Notes under the pieces: model-generated
Told to the model about the DNA's origin: nothing
Database searches by the model: none
Seen by the model: the letters and a program-made list of their open reading frames with translations, nothing else
Program-made: the position numbers and the translations under genes
NCBI GenBank assembly: GCA_040285825.1
Contig: JAUPSS010000003.1
Location: 930,001-994,000 of the forward strand
Reading direction: 5' to 3'
Length of the DNA stretch: 64,000 bases
DNA from: Eukaryota sp. TZLM1-RC
Taxonomy: Eukaryota > Protista > Metamonada: BaSk clade
Part shown: positions 11,021 through 20,482 of the stretch, in pieces
How the letters are laid out: each line of letters begins with the position of its first letter
How positions within the stretch are numbered: the first letter of the stretch is position 1

Positions 11021-12520
11021 TCAGCTACTTAAATTACCTACCCTTTTAAAAACAATTCCTTTTTTTCCTTTTTTAATTCCACCCATTTCTTTACCTACTG
11101 CTTTAAATCCATTACTAATAACAGTTGGTTTGGAATTGTTAATATTTGGCTTGGTAATAGGCTTGAGATCTGTGGTTAAAATGGTTCTTGATTGAACCTG
11201 GAATGGTTCTATTCTCAATAAAGATGTAATTCTTGATGAAAGGCCTGTTGTTAGGGCTAAAGGATCAAAATGGGTAAGAGGAACATCATCAAAGAAATCA
11301 CAGGTTTGATTGATGGATTCCGGCACCTCATCTTTTTTGATTGGAAGACAAAATTCAGAACTGCTAAGGGGTAACAAGGTAAATGAAAAACTACCCTCTT
11401 CAGCTATCATAACAAACCACTGGGTAATTAATTCCTTATAGCAAGCTCCCATAACCCCAGGGTGAACGTCACCTTTGAGTAATAAACCCTCTTTGTTTTG
11501 TTTAAGTCTATGATAAATAATGGCTAATTCTGTGCTTTCAAGATCAAATTCATCAATATCTTCATTAGGTAGAGCTAATAAGGCCGCACCTTTAATGAAT
11601 CCTAAGGGAATAGAGTTGAGTTTAATTCTTCTAGAGACTAATAAACTCCATCTACCCAGATCTTTGTTGTTGATATTAACAGGGAAGGTGAGGTTTCCCA
11701 GTTTGATTGCAGATGATTGAGTGGTTGATGTGATAAATGAGGTGACACGTGGGCATGACGTGTCGTTGTCGTCACGTGACGAAAAAGGATCAGGTGTATT
11801 CGATAGCCCATGACAAGCGCAAATGTTGGTCATGTTAGGTATAACTTGGACAATTTCAGCAAATACTTTGAAATTAAGGCTATTGGACTTAAATTGCACA
11901 GTTAGATCTGTGTACATCAATTCAAATAGCCAAAAGCCGAGGGTTATGGTTAAAGCTTGACTAGAATTAATTGTTTTAATACCAAAGATATCTATTTCAT
12001 TATTGAATAAATACCCTTGAATAGAGGCAATTGATCGTTTTTCATTTTCAAAATCAATGGAAAAGAGAAAATAATCTACCAAAGTTCCCTTCTGTTGAAA
12101 CTGAGTCAATATCCTCTCCATTCCAGATTCGTTGTCAGGACAACGAGTGGAAAGCAATGCAACACGACGAGAATCAGCTGCATCTTGGAGCGCAGAACAA
12201 ACATTTGCAAATGATGACGTCAACACCTCGGTTATCCTGGATGTAAACCCGGGAACACATAAATCAAGACGATTCATCAGTTTATTGAGTTGTAGAGCAC
12301 CGGGGGAGGTGCTTCGCAGCAGTTCATCGTGACCAACTTCTGTAGTGATCAGTAGAGTTAAAGTGGATATAGGAGTATATGGTGAGGTTGAGTTAACCTG
12401 CCATTGTACCATGAGTGTCCGGAGAGTTTCTTTTACATGATCAAAGAATCTCACAGCAAGTTCTGATTGCCAAGGATCCTCTACAGCGAGGTCGAGAATA
12501 ATTGTATCGTTGTTAAGCAT
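11021..12520 (-). CDS. Meiosis 1 arrest protein (M1AP)-like
   Basis: ~500 aa from ATG 12520 (ORF open to 12631). C-terminal pattern LLVSRRIK..GAALLALP..IYHRLKQNKEGLLLKG..WFVMIA..LSSSEFCLP..FDPLALTTGL resembles M1AP as recalled; not searched. Confidence 0.5.
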   Translation of the reverse strand: MLNNDTIILDLAVEDPWQSELAVRFFDHVKETLRTLMVQWQVNSTSPYTPISTLTLLITTEVGHDELLRSTSPGALQLNKLMNRLDLCVPGFTSRITEVLTSSFANVCSALQDAADSRRVALLSTRCPDNESGMERILTQFQQKGTLVDYFLFSIDFENEKRSIASIQGYLFNNEIDIFGIKTINSSQALTITLGFWLFELMYTDLTVQFKSNSLNFKVFAEIVQVIPNMTNICACHGLSNTPDPFSSRDDNDTSCPRVTSFITSTTQSSAIKLGNLTFPVNINNKDLGRWSLLVSRRIKLNSIPLGFIKGAALLALPNEDIDEFDLESTELAIIYHRLKQNKEGLLLKGDVHPGVMGACYKELITQWFVMIAEEGSFSFTLLPLSSSEFCLPIKKDEVPESINQTCDFFDDVPLTHFDPLALTTGLSSRITSLLRIEPFQVQSRTILTTDLKPITKPNINNSKPTVISNGFKAVGKEMGGIKKGKKGIVFKRVGNLSS

Positions 12521-12980
12521 TATGCAACTATTATACAAATTGTGAAATTCAGGTATTTTATTGCAGGCAAATGAAACCACTAAATCAGGAATTGTTGGAA
12601 GATGCCTAAGTTCAAAATATCTTGAAGACACAGCTTTGTAAACATACTTTCAGTAAAATACATTGATATGCATTATTCTTCGGATCACAGCACATTCATA
12701 TTTCATTTCTCAAGTAAACTGACCGTCTGGAAGTGTTATCCATGTCTTGAAACTGTCAAATACAAATAAGATCTTCAAACTACTGCATTAACTATATTTT
12801 ATACTGTGAGCGAAATGCACCGCAAGTCTCCAATAACATGGAAGCAACATTGTTGGCCGTCATGGATGTCCCAAAGTGAGTTTAATGCAAACTATAGATG
12901 ATTCAGAAGTTATTCCCATAACAATGATATAAACAGATCAAAAATGTACAATAATTTACAAATACCTAAAAACAAAAAAA

Positions 12981-14093
12981 CTACCAATCCGAATCAGAGG
13001 AGGAGGAATCATCATCCCCAACTATGCCAGATCTTCTATTAGCCAATGCCATGGCCAAAGCACCCGCTAATGACTCAGATTCTGCTGTATTGAGGCTGCC
13101 AGGCGAGGGAAGTGATTTTTTTGAGGTTTTGTGGTCAAAAGAACCCTTATCAATAGTTTCGGTCTTTTTTAATACAGTGTCCCTATTCCTGATAGCGGCA
13201 AGCAAATCATTACGTGGATCTGATTGCTTTGACGGTGGTTGTGCATTCTTCTCAGTCTTTGAACTAGGAGCTTTAGAGATAGGCTTTGATGGTGTTGGTG
13301 GAGGAGGAGGGGTCATTCCCTTTGGAGGTAGGGGTGGTGGAGGTGGAGCAGAGGAAGCACCAGGAGGGGGAGGAGGGGGAGGAGGGGCACTAGAGAAACC
13401 TGGCGGTTGTGGGTCGGGTTGTGGCTGAGGCTTTTGAGCAACACCTGTGCTTTGCTTCATGCGAAGTTGTTTCTTAATGACCTTCTTAGCAATACGTTCT
13501 TCCTCTGCATTCCTAATATCAATACCAAATTGATTGGCCAGAACTGAGATCCACTCCTTGGGGAGCCCTGATACCTTAAACTCACCCGACTCATCAAGGC
13601 CTATATGGTGAGTTCTACGGAATCCACTTGGTTTGGAAACATTGACTTTTGGTTCTGGTTTGGATTTACCACTAAAGAAGCCAAGAATCCGCTTGAGAGG
13701 TTGTCCACTGCTCACCTGTGATTCTCTGGTTGGAGAAGCAGGGTTGAGAGCTAATGAAATGGATTCTTTAGTACGAGTGGCATCCATTTCATTCGTAAAT
13801 GCTAGCCCAAAGACAAAACTATCCCCTTCAAAAGCATGAAAAAGAGGGGTTAGATCTTGATATTGAAAATTACTGTAAAAAGGCTGTTCTAAGACTACCT
13901 GGTAATGTGGGAATGAAACCACACAGAGAGCAGCTTTGGAGAGAAGAAGAGCCCCCACAACACCAGAAGGCTGCCAACCACCACTCTTAGAAAGGAATAC
14001 TTTGACAACTGCACAGTAGTCAAAAGAGCGGTATGGGTCCTTAAGATAAGCCTTAAGCTCAGATACCTCGGTAGAGGTAAGTCTCTTCGTCAT
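12981..14093 (-). CDS. WASP: WASP-family actin nucleation-promoting factor
   Basis: WH1/EVH1 domain, CRIB (VSKPSGFRRTHHIG), polyproline, WH2 (RNDLLAAIR..LKKT), central helix and acidic tail ending in DW. Confidence 0.92.
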   Translation of the reverse strand: MTKRLTSTEVSELKAYLKDPYRSFDYCAVVKVFLSKSGGWQPSGVVGALLLSKAALCVVSFPHYQVVLEQPFYSNFQYQDLTPLFHAFEGDSFVFGLAFTNEMDATRTKESISLALNPASPTRESQVSSGQPLKRILGFFSGKSKPEPKVNVSKPSGFRRTHHIGLDESGEFKVSGLPKEWISVLANQFGIDIRNAEEERIAKKVIKKQLRMKQSTGVAQKPQPQPDPQPPGFSSAPPPPPPPPGASSAPPPPPLPPKGMTPPPPPTPSKPISKAPSSKTEKNAQPPSKQSDPRNDLLAAIRNRDTVLKKTETIDKGSFDHKTSKKSLPSPGSLNTAESESLAGALAMALANRRSGIVGDDDSSSSDSDW

Positions 14094-14155
14094 TATAACA
14101 GTATTGTATAGAGGGACTGAGTTTTTGACAAAAATGTTGATGTATAATTTTTTTA

Positions 14156-15275
14156 GGGAAATTCATTTTCCACATTTTTCTTCAAAATGGAGCAAAATCC
14201 GCACACTTTCATCAAAAGACTTCACAATCCACACAGAAACTCCAAAAACATCAATATCCAGACAATCTTGTTTATTAGCTATTCTTTATCTTTGTTGGGA
14301 CATCCTCTTGCGTTATGTCCTTCGACACGACATACTTTACATGTGTACTTGCGTCGTTGTTTGGGCGCTGGTTCAACTGCATCAGTAAACTTCTCGCTAC
14401 GGCTGTTGGGTCCTCTTGGTTCATTACTTCTCCTCTTCCTAACGACTCCTGGTCTTCCTGCTCGCGGTGTAGGAATTGGAGGTTGAGTTAGTATATCTGA
14501 TTCGATCTTGTCTTCTAGCGTCTGCTTCACAACCGAATGAAGTTTTATGTCGTCCACTGAGAGTATTTTTCCACTGTAAGTTTTGAGAAATCTTTGTGTT
14601 GAATGAAGTTCAGAACACAATTCAACACCTCTACTTCCTTTTGCTGAAAGAAGTACGAGTAAATGCACACACGGAATCACTTCTTTTTCCAAAGCTCCAC
14701 ATGAGCATTCGTTGGATTCCCTGTCACCGTATAAGTAGTTTTGTGCAGCCCTAATTGTCCGTGCTGCAGATGTACCATTTGTGATGACGAAGCTAGATTT
14801 TTCCAACGCTTTGGGCGAAAACGGTCTCTCGCACCTGAAGTCTTCTTTTAAGATGTATGCAATGATCTTGGGTGGAAAATAGGTCTTCGGAGAGGCTACA
14901 CATCCTGCTGCATGGGTGACCGCTTTGGTAATACACCAGACCTCAGAATCTATTGGTGCTATAGCTATGATTTTGAACGGACATTCGGCAGCAGTACACC
15001 TCACCTCATACCGCGTTTTGTTATTGTTGGGAGCAACTGTGAATTCCTTGTTGTATTGAAGTGCAAGTTGATGTAAGAAGGTCTGTAAGTCCAATCTCGA
15101 CTCAAACGTCTTGTGTTCTGTTGCCACCAATGTTGCATCGTTCCTAAGACGTTTAAGATCAATGTTCATAGGAAATGTGGATTGTGTTGTGAATCTATGA
15201 AAGTGTGTGGATTTTGTTTTGCAAGTGTGGATTTTGTTCTATCTTTGAAAAACGTGTGGATTTTGGAGTTTTCCC
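14156..15275 (-). mobile_element. Mutator (MULE) deletion derivative, copy 2 (same family as 9603-10908)
   Basis: Ends nearly identical to copy 1; TSD TTTTTTTA (14148-14155, 15276-15283). In-frame 296-aa ORF keeps the N-terminal MuDR domain (RCTAAECPF), the end of SWIM (CSC..PCVH) and the knuckle, but lacks the catalytic core. Confidence 0.9.
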
Positions 15276-16061
15276 TTTTTTTAACTCTCTTTTGGATAAT
15301 TTTGAAGAAGAATTGATGGTTCTTTCAGATTTAAATATTGAAAAACATCTTAAATTTTTCTTCTTCAGAATTTGTTATTCATTGAAATTTACTCATATTT
15401 TACGATCAACATCACCATCTCTATCTCTCGAATTTTGCAGAATTTTTAATGAATTAAGAACAAATTTTTTGGCTAATTTGTTCGATATTGATTTTTCTTT
15501 TTTACGTAGTCACATTTTTTGTAGCACAGAATTGGAAGGCTTGGATTTTCACAAATCAAAATATTTGTGTAAAGCCGCATTTATCGGTGGAGGCGAAAAT
15601 TTCGTTTTTGAATTTTTGAAACGTTTTCCTGAAAACCAGCATTTAATAGAATGTTGTGTTAGTGACTATTTAGTGTCCCTGCAGAGTGAAATTGAATGCA
15701 TCTCTCCTCACATATGGTCCAAATGCTTTCCTGCTGATATTCAAGAAATTCCACCTAGGAGTTTGATTTCCTTGAAATTTGCATATGCTAAATTGCAGAA
15801 AAAGATATTAAAAGTTTTTGAAAACTTGGATTTCAGTGTTCGTCTTAGCTTGGCTAATGAAAAGAATCCCGTTTTTGCAAACTTTTTAATTGATCTTAAG
15901 GAAAGTAGCTCAAGTTGTCTCATTTCCCAGATTCCAAATGTATATGGTTTATTATTAAATGATCATCAATGGGCAACTGCCTTCAGGATGAGGTGTTTTC
16001 TGTGGCCATGTAGTGTGCCAAATGATTTGATTTGTCGTTGTGGTCAGCTCATCAATCTGAA

Positions 16062-17164
16062 TGATGCCGTTAGGCAGATGAACACACGAAGGAGAGAGAG
16101 AAATCTGTTGTTTATTAATGAAACTGATTCATAAATGAGTATCACGTCATCAGTCGAAATACAAAGAAACCTACTATTTCAATTTGAGTTCTACAACAAC
16201 ACTACTTTTTCCCACTTTTCTGAGGACAAATACAGTACTGGCTCAATAGAGGGAAGATATGGGGTTTGTTAAACTCTTTGGTGCATCGTTTGTGTGACAC
16301 AAATAATTTACCTCATGTTTGATTTTAGATGGACAATCGCGGGAGATGTGTCCAGGCTTGTGGCACTTGAAGCACGATTGATTTTTTAAATCCTGAGAGC
16401 GCCAAAAGGACCTCGTTTTAGTGCCAGCCGTACGTTCCACATCATTCACTGAGGTTTTGAAACCACGAGTCCATGAAGCAACCCTAGAGCAGTCCAACAG
16501 CTCATCAGTAGTGGTTTCGACAAGAGAGTGAAGATCTGGGAATACATCATCTCGAATTCTCGCTAGTAGAGAACGTTGAAGACCTACGGGAAGAATTCCT
16601 CTGGCAAATCGATTCAGAAAAGCTGTGTCTGGTAACTTCAGTCCGGAAGCCCTACTCTTTACCTGGAGGAAACGTCGCAGGTAACAGGACATACGTTCTC
16701 GGACGTCACCAATACGGACATCAAGCTTCAGTTCTGACATAGCCAGACTAAAATTTTCGTACGTGGCGAACGATACGACAGATTGAAGATGTCTAAGAAG
16801 AACATCGTCACTGGAAGAAACGTCAAATTTCTGGAGAGATAGGGACTCTAACAGAAAAGAATCGACCAAGAGTCTTGCTGGAACAAACTCTTTCTTAGAA
16901 GTCACAGAAGAATAGATCTTCCACTCTTGTAGGAACAAGAGAACACTTTCAACTTTCATGGAAGAAAGAGACGGGAGGTTGACAGAAGGAACAGTCATCT
17001 GAAATAAGAAGGGCCAATAATTATTGATGCCGTTAGGCAGATGACCACACGAAGGAGAGAGAGAAATCTGTTGTTTATTAATGAAACTGATTCATAAATG
17101 AGTATCACGTCATCAGTCGAAATACAAAGAAACCTACTATTTCAATTTGAGTTCTACAACAACA
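16062..17164 (-). mobile_element. Gag-only LTR retroelement (TR-GAG-like)
   Basis: 140-bp LTRs at 16062-16201 and 17025-17164 (TG...CA, one mismatch), 4-bp TSD TGAA, purine-rich PPT (minus strand) at 16202-16221, single gag ORF inside. Confidence 0.92.
16243..16998 (-). CDS. Gag-like protein with CCHC zinc knuckle
   Basis: Intact 251-aa ORF between the LTRs; CFKCHKPGHISRDC. Confidence 0.85.
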   Translation of the reverse strand: MTVPSVNLPSLSSMKVESVLLFLQEWKIYSSVTSKKEFVPARLLVDSFLLESLSLQKFDVSSSDDVLLRHLQSVVSFATYENFSLAMSELKLDVRIGDVRERMSCYLRRFLQVKSRASGLKLPDTAFLNRFARGILPVGLQRSLLARIRDDVFPDLHSLVETTTDELLDCSRVASWTRGFKTSVNDVERTAGTKTRSFWRSQDLKNQSCFKCHKPGHISRDCPSKIKHEVNYLCHTNDAPKSLTNPISSLY

Positions 17165-18425
17165 TGAATCATTTATTTAATTGCAAATTTAATATTACAT
17201 ATAGCTCAGTTGTTCACGATGCTGTTAGAGACCAACTATACGCTATGTGCAAAAGTCATCACATTGAAGCTTTTGTTGAACCACTTGTGCGAAGGTTGTC
17301 ATCTGAAAATGAGGACGAAAATACTTTTGGGAAACGCCGTGCTGATTTAATTACCCCTGGGTCTGATGGTGTGTTCAAAGTTGTTGATGTTGTCACTGTT
17401 GATGTTTGTAAAGACTCAGCAATTGATTTTGCTAAAAGAGATGAAACTCCACTTTGCTTTGCTGAAAAGAGCAAAATCAAAAAGTACAATGAACCCTTAT
17501 CTCAGCTAGGACGTGTTGAGCATGTCAAGTATCAGCTGGTTCCATTTGCTGTTTCTCTTTTTGGTAACATTGGAATATCTGGCACTAAATTTCTTGAAGA
17601 TTTCAGAAGTTTAATAAAAGAAAGAGCAGGAAAAGAGTTGAACTTCAATTTCTGGCACAATAGAATTGGTTTTAGTATTCTTAAAGCAATTCCAGAAATG
17701 TTGACCAAAGCACTGTTACAATTAGGAATAGAGTATGAAAATCGCGCGCTTAAAATATTTGATGATGTTGATGCGTGTATTGAGGATATTGAGTTCTAGT
17801 TTTTTTGTTTAATGTTTTGTTAGCGTTGAAAATAATTTTTTTTAACTGGAATAATGGGAAACAAAATTAAACACTTTCAGTTCAACATCAACAAATCACT
17901 TCCTTATAAAGGAGAAAAATCTCCGCCTACAATGTGACATACAAGCAGAACTCAAGATACTCAATACATGCATCAACATCATCAAATCTGTTGAGTGAGC
18001 AATTTCGTGTTAGCTTTTATCTCCTGGATAGCATCTTTTTTGAACCTCAGCAATCTTGACTGTTTGCGGGTATAGGAATACTACAATAATTCCCAAAACC
18101 AGCTTTTCTAAAAAAAGGTTTTAACCCTTTCGAATTTTTGGTTGTGGTATGAACCATTAATTAGGTTTTACATGAACGATAATATGGAAAAAACGTTCAT
18201 AGATCAAGATTCCCGTGTTCATTCTTGCTCTTATTCACTCAGAATCTACATTTAATAAATTTCATTCATTCTGTTCAATTCTGTTATTTGGGTTTTGCAG
18301 TAAAACTCATTTTCATAAGCGTTCCAACAGTGTTTAATAATTGATACATCCACTCAAACTACTACACAAGATAGCAAGATTTACTGAAAGCTACTAATAT
18401 ACATTGAATAAATAATACACAAAAC

Positions 18426-19622
18426 CTATTTATGAATATTATGCCACAAATCGGTCAATTGACTGGATAATTGTGGATATTTCATGTCAAACTCAACATT
18501 TTGAACATTGGTTTGCGCCAGAACAAAGGTCTTCAAATGAGATATAAAAGAGTAAGCCGTAGATAGTGTGACGGCTTCACTCTCAGTATTAACAAGTAGC
18601 ACTTGAGCTAAATCACCGTGCTGTTCAATCATGGAGAGAGGGACTTCATCCCGGCACTTATCAGTAACCAATAGATAATCACAATCACTGAGGGGCTTAA
18701 TCTTACAGAAGCGAGGCCTCTTGAGAGCATAATGATCAAGTTTTGCGGCCATGTCTGGGTCAGTCAAAAGTTGGTGATAAGTTTGTGTCCTGACAACAGG
18801 ATTGTTATCCATCAATCCTTTAATAATGGGCACAAAGACATCGTCAACTTGACTATAGTCGACTTCACCGAGTTGCATCTTTTCCTCAATGGCGGCACGC
18901 AATTGTTCTCTACTTGACAGAGCTTGAACGTTACCCCTTTCAGGTAAAAATGGCCAGCGGCCTGTGCATATCTCATAAAGCAAAATGCCCAAGGTGAAGA
19001 AATCAATTGACTTATCATAAGCGACATTATGAGAAGCAGTGACTTCAAGCGGCACATACAAAATAGATCCCACACCAGTGGAGCGAAAAACGTTGTCGCT
19101 GATTTTGTTACAACGGTCGAAATCCATTACCACCAAGTTGAAGTCATCATCCAAAAGGATGTTTTCTGACTTGAGATCACGATGAGCAATTCCTAGATCG
19201 TAGTGCAACCACGATATACAGTTCACTAGTTGGCAAAAATATTTCCACACATCACATGTTGCCACAGGATTGCCTGTACGAAATATAGTTGAAGAATTCG
19301 TTCGAACAAGATGAGGATGAAGTCCCCTTTGAAGACATTTATTCGGAAAGTAATCCATGAGAAAAATACGCATGGGATGTCCACCAGTGTCGTGTTCTTC
19401 AATTGCATGATATCTGATAACAGACGCGCTTTGTGAGCAGTTCGGAAGTTCGGACAGCAATAATTCTCGATTAGCCAGTCTTGCCCACTCTGGCTTCCGA
19501 AGTGATAAGGACTTGACAACAGCATAGTTGCCTGTAATCGTATTCAGTACAAGATCGACCCTACAATTGGATTTTGGATCTCCTAAGGTAGTGACGCCTT
19601 TGTAATGACTTTTAAAGCTCAT
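18426..19622 (-). CDS. Ser/Thr protein kinase, divergent
   Basis: AVVK, HRDLKSENILL, DFD (for DFG), GSILYVPLE, DFFTLGILLYEICTGRWPF. ATG at 19622 taken as start. Confidence 0.85.
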   Translation of the reverse strand: MSFKSHYKGVTTLGDPKSNCRVDLVLNTITGNYAVVKSLSLRKPEWARLANRELLLSELPNCSQSASVIRYHAIEEHDTGGHPMRIFLMDYFPNKCLQRGLHPHLVRTNSSTIFRTGNPVATCDVWKYFCQLVNCISWLHYDLGIAHRDLKSENILLDDDFNLVVMDFDRCNKISDNVFRSTGVGSILYVPLEVTASHNVAYDKSIDFFTLGILLYEICTGRWPFLPERGNVQALSSREQLRAAIEEKMQLGEVDYSQVDDVFVPIIKGLMDNNPVVRTQTYHQLLTDPDMAAKLDHYALKRPRFCKIKPLSDCDYLLVTDKCRDEVPLSMIEQHGDLAQVLLVNTESEAVTLSTAYSFISHLKTFVLAQTNVQNVEFDMKYPQLSSQLTDLWHNIHK

Positions 19623-20482
19623 GGTCAAGGGAAAAAGATAACTCTGATGGGCAAATTTTTTGATTTGCATGCTCTCAAACACTTTTAGATTCTAGGAATT
19701 TGAAATTACCGTATCACTGATGAAACAGCCATTCACATTCCAGAATTTTAGCCAGAACTCATGAATTTAGTTGACTCAATTTTGTGACAAAATTCAATTG
19801 CAACAACACTTATAACATTCAATAGAACTTTTAAATGACAGCTTGAGATTCGGAATAGAAGGAGTTGTCAAAAATATTCCTAGATCAAACTTCTAGAAAA
19901 TTGCATTTGTTCGTCATTGAATTGTAATTACGTATTTTCCCCTGAACTGCAAAATACTCATTTTTGAATTGCTATGGTTGTCCACATGAAATAAAATTCC
20001 ATACAGAAATAACGACATCGATAAAGAAACCGAAATCAATTCCAAAAACAATTCAAAACGTCTAGCAACAATTGTAGCTACACAACTGCTGAACTAAAAT
20101 AATCTCGGATACCAGTCTCTACTAAAAAGATCAAAAGAGATTGTTTAAACCAGTCTCGGTGTTGAAACCAGTCGATGACCAGACAATGACTACATTATCA
20201 CTGTTTTCGCCTTTTTCTAAATCCTTTTTTTTTCTAAATTTTATACCAACAAACTCAAACTACAAGATATGACTATAAAGTTTATTAAGTAACTTTATAA
20301 AATACTGAAAATTTATCTTTAATGTTTCCTATTGTAGCTCAAATAACATCTGCACTATTATTATACTATAAGGATGCCAGCAACAGTTCGAGGTCTTCAA
20401 TTATAGATCATTGAGATAATCCAGCATAAAGACAGTAAAAGACCAAATATATATTTACAACACAACATCACTCACAAATTCA

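Larger units (their letters stand above)
15284..17835 (+). mobile_element. 5'-truncated REL-endonuclease non-LTR retrotransposon family B, interrupted by an LTR element
   Basis: ORF 15205-16134 (thumb/linker and CRC) continues after 17165 with HLFNC..HDAVRD..EPL..RRADL..VVDV. The uninterrupted junction is seen at 37330-37360. Confidence 0.88.

Noticed and set aside
13024-13428. Gly-rich antisense ORF
   Set aside because: Shadow of the WASP polyproline codons.
9603-15275. Single composite transposon carrying WASP
   Set aside because: Each MULE copy has its own, different TSD, so they inserted independently.
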